DNA of 64,000 nt, taken from positions 13,803,342 to 13,867,341 of the forward strand of contig NC_081391.1 in assembly GCF_030684315.1 (NCBI RefSeq), in the 5' to 3' direction. Below are positions 11,066-24,896 of the stretch, in pieces. This stretch comes from Stegostoma tigrinum (Eukaryota). The notes beneath the pieces are model-generated. The model was not told the DNA's origin and ran no database searches. It was given only the letters and a program-made list of their open reading frames with translations. The first letter of the stretch is position 1. The number at the start of each line of letters is the position of its first letter. The translations under genes and the position numbers were made by a program.

Positions 11066-13610
11066 TGTGGCCTGGAGTACTGTCTGCTTGGTCTGAATGC
11101 ATTCCCCACTTCACCCTGGCCAATCTGTCTCCTTCCAGGGAGAAGGGGCTTGTAGCAACGAACGTAATGGCTGTACCAGCCGAATGGAAATGAATAAAAT
11201 GATCTCTTGATCTCAGTTCCTGTGCATCATTTTGAGCCCATTGATACCTCTCTTTGGTCAAGCAAGCTTTCTTGCCTTACTTCACCACTGCTTTTCCCCA
11301 ACCCCCATGGACAGACTGCAGGCCAATGGGAGCCAGTTGGGGTTCAAATGGGGCCTGTGACCGACCCTTACTACAGCCATCAACTGGTGGCCCTGCTGAC
11401 CAGTTCACTTTGTCACTGAAGTCTGCTGCTCCTCCCAGGGGACCTTGGGTTTTCTGAACTTGCTTGGTTCAACTGCATAGATTTGTTTTTTCCCCGGAAG
11501 GAATCCAAAATTCCTTCAAGTGGCTTCCCCAGTTTGTTGCTTTCTTTCCTTGGCCCAGGGCTCAGGCCCTCCCCATAACTGGAAGTCCACCAGCCCTGAG
11601 CTGGGCAACTTCAGCCCAAACATTCTCAACAGTCACATTCCAGAGAATCATCTCCAGATTCTCTGGGGCTACTTGATTGATAGTGGATGCTCCTGATACC
11701 ATAAATACAAGGATTGGTGACCTGGGGCTTGGATGATAGCCCATGGTTCAAAATACTCCCATTTGGTTTATGCTTGCAGCTACAACAGGCCTCTGACTGA
11801 AGGGTTTGTACAAAAAGCTGCTGCCTTGTTTCTTGGAACCTTTCCATGGGCTGATTGAGGTTTTTTTGACCCAGTGAGGGAGCAGGGATTTCTGGGGAAG
11901 GTGGGGACTGTCTCCTTTAGTCAAGATGCCTGGACATGCTGACTTTGCCTTACAGCTGTTTCCTTGATCATTCAAGGTGTCTGATCATGGGTTAGGGAGG
12001 GGGTGATCAGAGACAGCCCAGAGATTGTCTTGTTTTGGCACGAGTGCACACTGTAGCCTTCAGAAGAGTGTGGGTCATTAAGGTACTGAATATATTTGTT
12101 CCATCACAAAAATCCTTGTTGTTTGGCCCAGTCTCTATCCTTGGTGATAGAACCCCTGCTCTCTGGCAAGAGGCCATTTGACCCAGGTAGCATCAACCTT
12201 CTGACCAGCATCCTGCTCAGTCCCACCCCAGTCCTTCAACCCTGTGTCTTCCCCATGGCTAATCCAGCTTGCCCCTTGTCAAAATCTCCAACTTAGCATT
12301 GCCTATCCACTTGACCAGCAAATAGTTCAGATGGTGGGTGGGAAACCAAACAGACACTGTAAATGTACAAACTCCCCAGGGTGCCCTAAGGCTGTAATAA
12401 ATCCCATGTCGCTGTGAGGTAAGTGCTTGTTACTGAGCCACTGTCTCACCCTAAAGTACCGAACAAAGGAATATGCTGTTGCATTCTGTCAGAGTCCTAC
12501 AGCAGAGATACAGGTTGTTTGGCTCAAACCGTCCAGGCCGAGCAGTGTTCCAAATCTGAACTAGTTGTGTTTGCCCCATATCCCTCAACCAGTCCTTTCC
12601 CTGGAAATCACCAAATGTCTTTTAACAACTGCAATTGCACCCACTTCTCCTGCTTCATGTAGCAGCTCATTCTTGACAAACCATTTTCTGTGGGAAAAGC
12701 TCTTCTTCAGCTTCTTTCTCTTTCCCCCACCCCCCCCCCCCCCCGACCAACCCCACATGCCTGTGTGTGAAAACATTACCCCTCCCTCCTGTAGTTTTGG
12801 ACTCCCCTACCCTGTCCCAGCATGCTTACTGTATGCAGTCAATCTTGAGTGTGCCAATGGCAAGGCCACATTTAGTGCTCAGCAAGTGTTACACTTCAGG
12901 AGGTGGTGATGAGCTGGTCATTACAGTCCACCTGGTGTAGGAGAGACCGGAATGATGCTGCTGAGGAGGGGCTTCTGGGATTTTCATTCACAAACAGGAA
13001 TATTTTCCCAAGTCAGGATGGTGACAGACTTACATGGAGCTCCATTGCGTGTTGTTGGTGCTGCCTCCAGCCAGAACATTGAAAACTGTTCCAGCATTAC
13101 TCACTCCTAACTTCAGTCTTATTGATGGTGGGCCGGCTTTGGAAAGTTACAAGTTGAGTAATTACCAACAGAATTCCCTGCCTCTGACTTCCCAATTTTT
13201 GAGTTGTTCACTCTACAGAATGCAATGAAAACTGTAACAGATACTGTCACCTTGGAAACATGCTGGCGTTAAGCGCTGATTCAACTTCAACAATGTAAAA
13301 CCAAACATGGAGACAGAAATGTTCAACGTGCGATACGTTTCTAGCAGCAGCTGAGACACAGAACCCTGAGGCCTACTGTGTATAAGAGGCACTCAGCACA
13401 TTTAGCGCACATTTCGCACACATTTTTGCATCTTGCTTTTTCCAAGTGGGCTTCATGCGACCCTAAGTCACGCTGATCACAGCAGATTCAGAATGGATCT
13501 ACAAAGGACATCGGTTGCTTGTATCAGACAATCCAAAAGCACGTTATTCTGTCACTGCACAGAAATAGGAAAATGTTCATATCAACCAAATCAGGGCATT
13601 TTACAAGGAT

Positions 13611-15061
13611 GAGGATAGCAAAGGTCATTCCCCTGTTCAGAGGATAGCAAATGTGGTTCCCCTGTGCAAGAAGGGGAGTAGAGACAAACCTGGTAATTGT
13701 AGACCAGTCAGCCTTACCTCAGTTGTTGGTAAAGTGTTGAAAAAGGTTACAAGGGATAGGATTTATAATTATCTCGAAAAGAATAAATTGGTTAGGGATA
13801 GTCAGCACGGTTTTGCGAAGGGAAGGTCGTGCCTCACAAACCTTATTGAATTCTTTCAGAAGGTGATCAAACAGGTATTTGAGAGTAAACCGGTTGATGT
13901 GGTGCATATGGATTTCAGCAAGTCGTTCGATAAGGTTCGCCACAGTAGGCTATTGTACAAAATGCGGAGGAATGGAATTGTGGGAGATATAGCAGTTTGG
14001 ATCGGAAATTGGCTTGCTGAAAGAAGACAGAGGGTGGTAGTTGATGGAAAATGTTCATCCTGGAGACCAGTTACTAGTGGTGTACTGCAAGGGTCGGTGT
14101 TGGGTCCACTGCATTTTTATAAATGACCTGGATGAGTTTGTAGAAGGATGGGTTAGTAAATTTGCAGACGACACTAAGGTCAGTGGAGTTGTGGATAGTG
14201 ACGAAGGCAGCTGTAGGTCGCAGAGAGACATAGATAAGCTGCAGAGCTGGGCTGAGAAGTGGCAAATGGAATTTAATGCAGACAGGTGTGAGGTGATGCA
14301 CTTTTGTAGGAGTAACTGGAAGGCAAAGTACAGGGCTAATGGTAAGATTCTTGGTGGTGTAGATGAGCAGAGAGATCTCGGTGTCCATGTACACAGATCC
14401 TTGAAAGTTGCCACCCAGGTTGACAGGGTGGTTGAGAAGGCATACAATGTTTTGGCTTTTACTAATAGAAGGATTGAGTTCCAGAACCAAGAGGTTATGG
14501 CGAAGCTGTACAAAACTCTGGTTAGGCCGCACTTGGAGTATTGTGTACAGTTCTGGTCACCCCATTATAAGAAGGATGTAGAAGCTTTGGAAAGGGTGCA
14601 GAGGAGATTTACTAGGATGTTGCCTGGTATGGAGGGAAGGTCTTACGAGGAAATGCTGAGGGACTTGAGGCTGTTTTCATTCAAGAGAAGAAGGCTGAGA
14701 GGTGACTTAATTGAAACATATAAAATAATTCGAGGGTTGGATAAGGAGAGCCTTTTTCCTCGGATGGTGACAGCGAGCACGAGGGGGCATTGCTTTAAAT
14801 TGAGGTGTGAATGATATAGGACAGATTTCAGAGGCAGTTTCTCTACTCAGAGTAGTGAGGGAATGGAACGCTTTGCCTGCAACGGTAGTAGATTCACCAA
14901 CTTGAGGTACATTTCAGTCGTCATTGGACGAGCATATGGACGTACATGGAATAGTGTTGGTTAGATGGGCTCCATATCGGTATGACTGGTTGGCACAACA
15001 TCGAGGGCAGAAGGGCCTGTACTGTGCTGTAATGTTCTATGTTTTATGTTCTATATTCTAT
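13611..15061 (+). mobile_element. 5'-truncated CR1 LINE upstream of copy 3
   Basis: ORFs 13653-14126 and 14041-14814 give RT motifs RPVSLTSVVGK, QHGF, DFSKSFDKV, GVLQGSVLGP, FADD; 10-bp deletion frameshift; (TTCTATG)-like tail. Confidence 0.95.
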
Positions 15062-15229
15062 GGCTCCAACACCAACGTTCTAAAGTTATGACGACTATTC
15101 CCTCAGATTAACAATCCGACGAAATTGTGCAAATCTGTGATGACTGAGTCTTAACGCACAACCTCAGATACACAAGTGAAGGTTTAGAGTATATTTTATT
15201 GTCATTTTCTGGCAAATACATTTACAGAA

Positions 15230-15440
15230 TGTGCACTTGTACAGGAGGTCAAAGGTCATTCAGCAATTCCATCATCGACCAGTTGTCAACTGTGATTCGT
15301 TTCTGGATCCAGTTCCCATCCTGCACTGATTGGACGTGGCAGCTGATCAACTGATCATCAAGAGTGATTGGCCATCACTGATGATGTCATTTCCTGCTTC
15401 ATAAAAAGAGGGTCTGCCCCTGGGGTATAAATAGAGTCCC
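15230..15440 (+). promoter_or_regulatory. Proximal promoter of copy 3
   Basis: Perfect DR1 15246-15258, GATTGG boxes, TGATGTCA, TATAAATA 15426. Confidence 0.7.
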
Positions 15441-16289
15441 ACGGGAATGATGTTGATTGTTCTTCCTAATTTTGTTATTTTGGTGGTGAGGAGAATAAAA
15501 GAAATTTATTGTCACAAGATGGCCTCCCAGATCAGTCAGAACTATCACCAGGATTGTGAAGCTGCTGTCAACAAGCAGATTAATGTGGAGCTCACTGCCT
15601 CCTATCTCTATCAGTCTTTGGTGAGTGCTGTCTCTCGGGGTTAAACATATAAATCTGTTCTGTTGAAGTAAATTCTTTGCCTGGCCTCTAGTGAAGCTGA
15701 CAATCTAGTAGATTGAGGTTTTGTGGCTCCTACCTAAATATCAGTTCAGGATAGAGGTGGTGTTACTATCACGATGGTGTAGGATACTGATGTATGTTAA
15801 CTCAGGTCCCAGTTGGCCTTCAGTGGTATCTGGAGGGTAAAAGCCTCTTGCTTTTTTTTTCTTTCTGACACAAGTTTCCTGACTTCATTTGCCTGATCTC
15901 TGTGGTGGTCCTAAACAAACATGCTGATTTTTTTTAACACTGACTATAACAATAACTTCCCTGTTGCAGTGGCCCTTGTTAGTCTGAACAAACCTGAGGC
16001 TAGTCTGTGACTGGTATCTATTTTATGTGGATCTCCTTCATTGAGGCTGACTTGGCTTTACTTGTATTTATTCAAGAGGTGGGTGTGGCCTATCCCGTTC
16101 CTACTGAGAGTGGATCTGCCGTGTGTGAGAAATGTTGGATCCCCTCTCTGCCCCTTCTCCACCCCACCCCATGCTGGGGCTGCGGGAATGTGCTGAGGCT
16201 ATTAGCCCAGTGACATTGAAGAAATGGAGGTTGTTCCCATATCATTTAGCTTGACCTAAAACAAAATGTCCCCTCTATCCCGGTGGTGA

Positions 16290-16600
16290 TGTGACTGTGC
16301 CCTTCCAAGGAGTAGAATGTGCTTGGAAGGTATGTGTTGAAGTAACCTTGGTGAGTGCTGCAGGGGACCTGGTAGGTAATGGACCCTGAAAGGAGGTGGT
16401 GAATGCAGTCCCCATGAAGTGGGCTGCCCTGTCCTGGATGGTGTCTGCTTCTTGCATGTTGTAGCTCCCCTTCTACAGACACACGGGGAATATTCATCTC
16501 TCTCTGGGCTTGTGCCTATTGGAAGGAAGTTGTCTTGTAAGGAGGACTAAGTCCCTATAAGCCTCACTTGGGAGGTGGGACCGCTTTAATGGTGAGCCAG
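16290..16600 (-). mobile_element. Old LINE RT relic in intron 1 (homologues in the other introns 1)
   Basis: Minus-strand DTIQDRAAHFMG / DTIQDRAAHLMG (also 50651-50902) resembles the LINE RT C-terminal LDxIQxKAARLI motif. Confidence 0.5.
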
Positions 16601-18649
16601 TTGTTGGGGTTTAATCACTGTGTCCCAACTCTATTGGCACATGCTTCCCAAGGATAAAATCCCGACTATCTTCTGCCACAACTTGTAACTACCCACTGAA
16701 ACCACAGATATTTGCTTGCCTGACTGTGGTTTTTGGATTTGAGGATTAAAGTAACTTTACAGGAGTCCTTCCCCAGAATGTAATTCTTAGCTGATGCTTC
16801 CAATAGCGAGCATTAGCTCTTAAACCCTTGCATCGAATTGTGAACATGACAGTTTAGATATGAGTCACATGGGCTGAAAACCTACAGGATTTTTTGCCTG
16901 TTTGGGTAAAGTCAGGGCAAGTGTTTTTCCAGGTTACTGTTTTCACTAGTGACGTTATCTACAGGCCACTAATAGTTGACATTTGATCATTTGTTTTGCA
17001 ATTTGTTTCAGTCATGTGACTTGGTGCAAGTTTCTGACAGCCTGAGTTTGCACTATTTAGGCAGAGCAATAACCCACTGCTGCAACGATCCAAAGGCTGT
17101 TACTGGGCAGGCTTTCCTCGGCATTATCTTAGTGCCAAACTCCATACTGGAGACAGCACACCTTTGTAGAGTTCATGTGTACACTTACATCCCAATCTCA
17201 TTGATCCTGGGTTTGCAGAAAACATGCTCCCTACTAGTCGTTGACTACAGCAGGGTTTCAACATCTTTTTTCCAGTTTTCCCCAAAGGCAAAACATAGTG
17301 CCTTGCGTCTTGTAGTTGAGAACTGGAATGGGGAGTGAGCCAGTGATGTCTGATGTAATTTTAACTTGATCTTCCAGATGTCCTACTTTGACCAGGACGA
17401 TGTTGCCCTCGCCCATTTCTCCCGGTTCTTCAAAGATCAGTCCCAGGAGAAGCGGGAACATGCAGAAAAGCTGCTGTAATTCCAGAATCAGCGTGGAGGC
17501 CGAGTCCTCCTCCAGGATGTGAAGGTTGGGGTTGGGTGGTGGGGGAAGTGCAGGGGGGAATGGCTGCTCTTGCGGTGTCATCTCCAGTGACAAGATTTTC
17601 AGATCCTGAGCGAGTGTGAGAAGTTCTTTTGCTTGGCTTCCCTGTTTGCTCTCCTCCATCTCCAGTGTTTCAGCATTTATGCAAGCCCTCTGGTCCACCA
17701 GGCCTATGCTGATGCAGCAAAGACCGAACTGTACTCACCCTGTACTTGGTCCAGGCCCGACTATACCCTAGTGTTTAGCACTCGCCCAGCTAGTCCTTTA
17801 AACAGTGCTGCAGTAGCCGTTTCCAGCACTTTGTTCTTCCGTTCCCCAACACACCCACCAAATTTCCTCCAATCCCCTCTATCCTGCTTCCTCAAACCTG
17901 TGCCCTCTGGTCTGAGTGTCTGCCATGGGGAAGACATTTTCCCCATCTACTGTCCAGACTTCCTTGTCTTCCATCAAACAACCACCTCAGCCTCACCTGC
18001 TCAAAGGAAACCCCCCAGCCCATCCAATCTCTCTCCTCAATGGATTTTCTGTCTTGGCGAAACAACCTGGGGACCCTCGCCAGCACCCCCTGCAGTAGCA
18101 TCCTGTCCTTCTGACCAGTGAGGCCAACGATAGAATGCAGCAGAGACCGGAAGAACAATTTTCATAAAATGTGTTCAAAGGACTTGTCCCTGTGCTGTTC
18201 CTCACAACCCTGCCCCAAACTAACATGTTACTTGGCCTATGTCCCCTTTCACACACAGTTTGCCTTGTGTGAGCATTGAGGGATCGATGATCCTGTGTTT
18301 ATTGTAAGCACATTACTGCCCCCCACAATGAATTCAAGTCATGATGGTTCTGACCATGCTGCTCGGGCATGTATGAGGCCACAAGCACAAGTGAGACTTG
18401 AACCTCAGACTTGTCAACCGGAGCTTGGGACACTACCGCTACTTCCCCCACAGCCCTTGGGATTCACTCCTGAATATCCTTTTTAAGACTCCAGCAGATG
18501 GACACTGGTGCAAATGACTAATCTGGTACATTTTTATTCCCTGTGGTACAAGGATACGTTCCTGAGCTTCCGGCTTCAGGTCAAGGATAAATGGGGCAAG
18601 GTGAAAGGAGTCACCAAGTAGCTAATGTTTTCTTTACCTGGGCTTCAGG

Positions 18650-18890
18650 GATGGCACAGTGGCTCAGTGGTTGGCACTGTTGACTCAGTGCCAGGGGCAC
18701 CAGTTTGGTTCTGGCCTGTGACGAGAATTTAAACGTTATCCCAAAGCATGGCTTCCCCACACAGTAGAAAAGAGGATTGGCAACTTGAAATGCAGGTTAC
18801 ATGAACAGGGTGGGAATGGGACCAGATGGGATGCTCTTCAGCAGTTATGGTCTCAATGGGGTGAATGGCCAGCTCCCATGCTGCAGGGAT
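18650..18890 (+). mobile_element. tRNA-derived SINE relic at the 3' end of intron 2 (homologues near 1540, 10065, 28390, 36615, 44730, 53357, 62175)
   Basis: GGCACAGTGGCTCAGTGGTTGGCACTG (A-box-like head), degenerate B box, and CR1-like tail AATGGGGTGAATGGCC...GCTGCAGGGATTCT just before the exon 3 acceptor. Confidence 0.65.
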
Positions 18891-21342
18891 TCTGTTTCTA
18901 AAGCTTACCTGTCCTTCTCTCCATCCCCAGAAGCCAGAGAGGGATGAGTGGGGTAACAATCTGCAGGCAATGCAGGTTGCCCTGGATCTGGAGAAGAATG
19001 TGAACCAGAGTTTGCTGGATCTCCACCAACTCGCCACAGCACAGACTGACCCTCATGTAAGCTTCACCTCCTCATTCACATCACTGCTAGACTCTCAGGG
19101 TAATGTTTCATTGGTTGGTCTGTGTGGATTGGAAATTCACTAATGTAACACTTTCCATCCATTACTTTCCTGAACTATTGTAACATTGATCACTTGGGAT
19201 CATACTGATTACAATGAGGTATAAGGGGAATTTGATCTATAATCTAGTGGAAGTGCTGAAATGACGTTGGCCACTGAGTTCTTCGTTAGTATCATTGCAG
19301 TGGAATGATCATTGTCCATCACAATCCAACTCAGCTCCATTTCACAAACAGCAAGATGGAGCAGCTGACATGTTGTCCTCACTGGCATAAATTCTCCAGG
19401 TGTTAGCTCGCTTTTCAGGGCTGTCCAGAGCTAGTCATGGCTAAGTCTGTCTTGCAGAGGGAATTCTGAAATTGTCTTGGATAGTGTTAATGTACCAAGT
19501 GTCATATTCCTCTTGCAGCTGTGTGACTTCCTGGAGACTCACTATTTGGATGAGGAGGTGGAGATCATCAAGCAACTCGGGGACTACATCACCAACCTGA
19601 AGCGCCTGGGAGCCCCTGAGAATGGGATGGGAGAGTACCTGTTTGACAGGCTCTCCCTGGAGGACAGCAGTTAGTGTGGCCTGGAGTACTGTCTGCTTGG
19701 TCTGAATGCATTCCCCACTTCACCCCATGCAATCTGGCTCCTTCCAGGGAAAAGGGGCTTGTAGCAAAGCATGTAATAGCTGTACCAGCTGAATGGGAAT
19801 GAATGAAATGTATTGATGTTGCTTCTTGTCCATCATTGAGACCCTTGATATTAAAGAGCTTTTGAGAGCTTCAAGCCTGTAATTTTGGCAAATGAAATTA
19901 TTAATTTGACAAAATATTTCCCTGGTCTTCCCTCCAACACCACCGCAGCATCAGTCTCGGAATTCCTGTGGAACTTCCTCTAAGTTATGAATCGAAGTTA
20001 TTCCCCCAGCCAGAACTTGAGGTTGGGGCCTGCGGGGTGTAAAATCAGTTTGTACTATTATCTCACACGCAGGTATGATGAATACAGGTGCAGCTAAAAT
20101 TTTCATTGCTCTCAAAAGAGAAAACACCCCTGCTTGGCCGAAAGAAAGACTTGACACCCACTTTCACTGAAACAGGGCTGTTGGATGCTTTATGTTCATG
20201 TCTAGTTTGGTTAGCAACAGCTCCCCTGTCAACCTCCACCAACCGAGACTGATTGCTAAAGTCCACACAAATCACAAGTTGATGCCAATGTCAATTCTGT
20301 GCCAGCTGGCTCAGCTTGCCGCAACAAGAGCTTAAGGGAAGAGACCCAGCAGCGTCCCCCCTCTAGCCTTGTGGAGGAACCAGCAATGCTGGGAGCAATA
20401 AACTTAAACTTAGCAATGGGGATCTGACACACCTGGTCTATTCTATTGAAATCAATGTTATTACTTTCTCCGCACAGTGCATCCTAGATTCACTGAGACC
20501 CAGTTGAGGTTCAAGCCAAGACCAGCCCTGTGGCCTCCTGACCCCCACCACCAACTGCCTGGCTCAGGACAGCCATCAGCAGTTGCTCACAATGACCAGT
20601 TCATTTGTTCCTTCGCCTGAGGAACATGCGCTGCTCTCCCAGGCGATATGGATTAAATCCCCATTGTAGCTCGACAAGAAAGCTCACACGGGGGGAACCA
20701 TTTCCCAGGAGTAATCCAAAGCTGTCCTAATGTGGTTTTGCTCCATTTACTTCCTTGCTCTCTGCCAGGTCTTGGTCAGAAACCCCACCACGCCTAGTAA
20801 TAAACTTTAGGCCTGCCAGCCCAGAGATGGGAATATTCAGCACAAGTCTGCTTGAAAAAATTCACCTGAACTGGATGCACTTAATGCGACCGACAGCAGG
20901 ATAACAGTGACCTGGGAATGACACAGCAACGCTCCTGGTTAAATGCTGCCATTTGATTGGCTCTTGCTGCTGAAGCCTGCATTGAGCGCACTCAGCTGCT
21001 CCCTTGTTCCTCTGAGATTCCCCCACGGGGAGGGTTACTCCTGATGCAGGTTGATTTCACCCGATCACATTGAAGGAGCAGTGTGACTCAGGGAGGAGAC
21101 CTGCAGATGCTGACTTTCCTGAATGGCTGCTTCCTTTATCTTTCGAGGTGTCAGAGATCGTGGTTTAGGGAGGGGGCTATCAGAGACATCCTGGGGAATG
21201 TTTCAGGGAGTTTTGTAGCGAGTGCACACTGCAGCCTTCACTGAGGGTGTGGGTCTTTAAGGCACAGAATGTATTTGTTCCACCACGTAGAGTTTTATTT
21301 TAAACCATCTTGAGTCTTGCGTGTAGAATCCCTGCAGTGCGG

Positions 21343-21422
21343 GAAGAGGTTGTTCAGCCCATTTAGTCTGCACTGATCCTCTGAAGAGGTTGTTCAGCCC
21401 ATTTAGTCTGCACTGATCCTCT
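21343..21422. repeat. Exact 40-bp tandem duplication
   Basis: GAAGAGGTTGTTCAGCCCATTTAGTCTGCACTGATCCTCT x2; single-copy at the homologous sites near 30718 and 47511. Confidence 0.9.
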
Positions 21423-22421
21423 GAACAGCATCTTGTTCAGACACACCCTGCCTTCTTACGCCATCTTTCCCACGGCCACTCCAAAATAAACTGCATGTCT
21501 TTGGACTGTGGGAGGAGGCCCACACAGGCACGGGGAGGATGTGCAGCCTCCACACGTGACTGGAATTGACCCCAGGTCCCTGGCACTATGAGGCAGTAAT
21601 GCTGACCATTAAAATACCCTGCCATCCAAAAGTTACAAAAAACAGGAACACTCTGTTGCACAGAATTAGAGTGAATGACTCATTTCTTACGGAAACAGAC
21701 CCTTCGGTCCTACCCGTCCATGCTGACGAGGTTTCCCAACCTGACATAGTCCCACTTGCCTGCCTTTGGCCCATATCCTTCTAAACCATTCCTTTCCATG
21801 TAAATCTCCAAATGTCACTTAAATGTTGTAATTCTAACTACATCCACCACTGTCTCTGACAGCTCGTTCTAAACATACACACCACCTTCTGTATGAAAAT
21901 GTTGCCCCTCATGTCCCCATCAAATCTTACCCCTCTCCCCTCAAACCGATGCCCTCTAATTTTGGACGCCCCCCCCACCCCGACCCTGTCCCAGCATGCT
22001 TTTTATATACAGTCAATCTTGAGTGTGCCAACGGCAAGGCTACATTTAGTGCTCAGCAACTGTTACACTTCAGGAGGTGGTGATGAGCTGCTTATTACAG
22101 TCCACCTGGTGTAGGAGAGACCGGAATGATGCTGCTGCTGTTGCTGAGGAGGGGCTTCTGGGATCTTCACTCACAAACACTGATATTATTCCAAGTCAGG
22201 ATGGTGACGGATTTACTTGGAGCTGCTTCAGTGTCACTGGGGCGGCATTGAGCTGGAAAATTGCAAGCTTCTCCAGCATTATTCCCAACTTCAGTCTTAT
22301 CGATGGTGGACAGACTCTGAAAAGTCTGAAGTAGAGTTATTCACAACAGAATTCCCAGACTCTGACTTGGTCTCAAAGCCATGAGCACATGAATTAGGAC
22401 TGACCTCTGCCCATGGTTTCT

Positions 22422-23845
22422 TAGAAAATAGAACCTAGAACAGTGCAGCACAGTTCACGCCCTTCAGCCCACGATGTTGTTTCGAACTTTTATCCTAAAC
22501 CCAAGGCCTATCTCACCTCCACTACCTTATACTATCATCCATATGCTTATCTAATAGCCGCTTAATTGCCCCTAACGAGGCCGACTCCACGACACTCTCT
22601 GGCAATGCATTCCACGCCCCAGCCACTCTCTGAGTAAAGAACCTGCCTCTGACATCCACCCTATATCTACCTCCACTCACTTCAAAACTATGCCCCCTCA
22701 TAATAGCTAACTCCATCCTAGGAAAAAGTCCCTGGCTGTCTAATCTGCCTATACTTATGATCATTTTGTACACCTCTATAAAGTCACCTCTCATCCTTTG
22801 TTCTGAAGAGAAAAGCCCTCGTTCTCTAAACGTTTCTTCGTAAGATCTTCCCTCCATTCCAAGCAACATCCTGGTAAATCTCCTCTGCACCTTTTCTAAC
22901 ACTTCCACATCTTTCCTGGAATGAGGTGACCAGAACTGGTCACAATACTCTAGATGTGGCCAAACCAGGCTTTTGTATAGCTGGAGCATAACTTCACAGC
23001 TCTTGAACTCAATCCCTCTATGAATGAAAGCTAACACACCACATGCCTTCTTAACAACTCTATCCACCTGACTGGCAGCTTTCAGGGAACTGTGGACATG
23101 AACCCCGAGATCCATCTGCTCCTCCACACTGCCAAGAATCTTTCCGTTAACCCTGTGTTCTGCTTTCAAATTTGTCCTTCCAAAATGAATCACTTCACGC
23201 TTTTCAGGGTTAAACTCCATCTGCCACTTCTCAGCCCCACTCAATACCCGACCAATGTCCTTTTGTAACCTAGAACAGCCCTCCACACTATCCACAAGTC
23301 AAATCACCTTCGTATCTTCCAAAAACTTACTAATCCGCCATTCCACTCCTACATCCAAATCATTTAACAAAATCATAAATAAAAGAGGACCCCGAACAGA
23401 CCCTTGAGGTACACCACTCGTAACTGAGCGCCATGTTGAATATTTTCAGTCAACTGTCACCCATGTCTTCTATGGGTCAGCCAATTCTGAATCCAATCTG
23501 CCACATTTCCCCCGTCGCATGCCTCCTGACTTTCTGCATGAGCCTGCCATGGGGAACCTTATCAAAAGCCTTACTTCAATACATGTATCCCACATTCACT
23601 GATCTACCTTCATCCACATGTTTGGTCATCCCTTCAAAGAATTCAATCAGATTTGTGAGGCATGATGTACGCCTCACAAATCCACACTGGCCGTCACAAA
23701 TCATACTGTGCCTGTGCAAGTGATAATTAATTCTGTTTCTTAGAGCCCTTCCCATTAATTTGCCCACCACTGGCATAAGACTAGCTGGCCTGTAATTTCC
23801 AGGGTTACCCCATTCCCTTTTTTGAACACATGAATAATATTCAAA
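22422..23845 (-). mobile_element. CR1 LINE fragment upstream of copy 4
   Basis: Minus-strand ORFs 22522-23295 and 23576-23857 ([43 protein letters not shown]). Confidence 0.93.
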
Positions 23846-24599
23846 CTTGTCATTCAAAGCTAAAAGATAGCACTAGATTGCATCCTGCTTTTTGAAGCAG
23901 ATATTGAGTGAAAGTAACTTGCTTCCACCAATCTGTACATCAGTGCTGTGATCATACTCGAACGTTCATTGGGGATCCTCAATTCCCAAAGCCTCACAGA
24001 CCACCAGTCCATGGGAGAGGCTGCTCCATTCAACGCAGTTTCTGAGCCATACATTCTACAGAATGTAATGTAAACAGGACCAGCAACTCTCCACTTGGAA
24101 ACATGCTGGACTTAAGCTCTCGATTTACTTCATTCAATTAAAAACCAAACTTTGCGAAAGAAAGTTTGCATGTGCTATACATTTCCAGCAGCAATGTAGA
24201 CAGGGAGGTGTGAGGTCTACTATGCAGGAGAGGCACTCAGCACATTTAGCACCTTGCTTTTCAAACTGCACTTCATGAACCCAACGTCAAGGAGATCACA
24301 GCAGATTCAGAATGGATCCACAAAGGAATGAGCTTCCTGTATGAGGTAACCCAAAAGCACATTGTTTCTGTCGCTGCACAGCAATAAGAAAATGTTTACT
24401 GTTAACAAAATCTGGCCATTTTTCAATGGGCACCAACGCTGTTATTCAACAAGTACAAAGACTAATCCCTCAGAGTAACAAACTGACAGAATTCTGCCAA
24501 TCTGTGATCAGTGTGTCTTAAGATATAATCTCAGACACAATCGTGAACTTTTAGAGTATATTTTATTGTCATTTTCACATAGAAATATTTCCAGGATTT

Positions 24600-24805
24600 G
24601 CACTTGTGCAGGAGGTCAAAGGTCATTCAGCAATTCCATCATCGACCCGTTGTCAATTCTGATCGTTTTCTGGATCCAATTCCCATCCTGCACTGATTGG
24701 ATGTGGCAGCTGATCAATTGATGAACGAGAGTGATCGACCATCACTGATGATGTCATTTCCTGCTCAAGAAAATAAAGGGCTGCTGCTCGAGTAAAAAAA
24801 AGTCC
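24600..24805 (+). promoter_or_regulatory. Degenerate proximal promoter of copy 4
   Basis: Perfect DR1 24613-24625 and CTGATTGG retained; TATA mutated to TAAAAAAAA. Confidence 0.55.
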
Positions 24806-24896
24806 CAAGAGAGTGTGATGTTTATGGTGTAGTTGGTTATCTTTCCAAGTTTGTTATTTGATTTTGGAGGAAAAGGAAAGCTATTTTCTTCATAAA

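Larger units (their letters stand above)
15519..19674 (+). pseudogene. Ferritin copy 3 (type B), nonsense mutation in exon 2
   Basis: Exons 15519-15620, 17378-17524, 18931-19056, 19519-19674. AAA>TAA at 17477-17479 (KLL*FQ). Poly(A) signal mutated to AATGAA near 19802. Confidence 0.9.

Noticed and set aside
14055-14532. Long antisense ORFs over CR1 elements and ferritin exons
   Set aside because: Shadow frames of coding or retroelement sequence.
13653-14814. RT ORFs as an active or domesticated reverse transcriptase linked to ferritin
   Set aside because: 5'-truncated, no endonuclease domain, and different disabling lesions in each duplicate; ordinary CR1 debris.
22079-22150. C/D-box snoRNA-like pattern in block X (GTGATGA...ATGATG...CTGA)
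   Set aside because: No terminal stem, C box mutated in one copy (GTAATGA near 4737), variable GCT repeat in the would-be guide, intergenic position, and the segment is explained as LINE 3'-end sequence.
23935-23955. CAGTGC / CAGTGT loops as candidate IREs (also ~21078)
   Set aside because: Flanks do not form the 5-bp upper stem with a C bulge, and they are far from the ATG.
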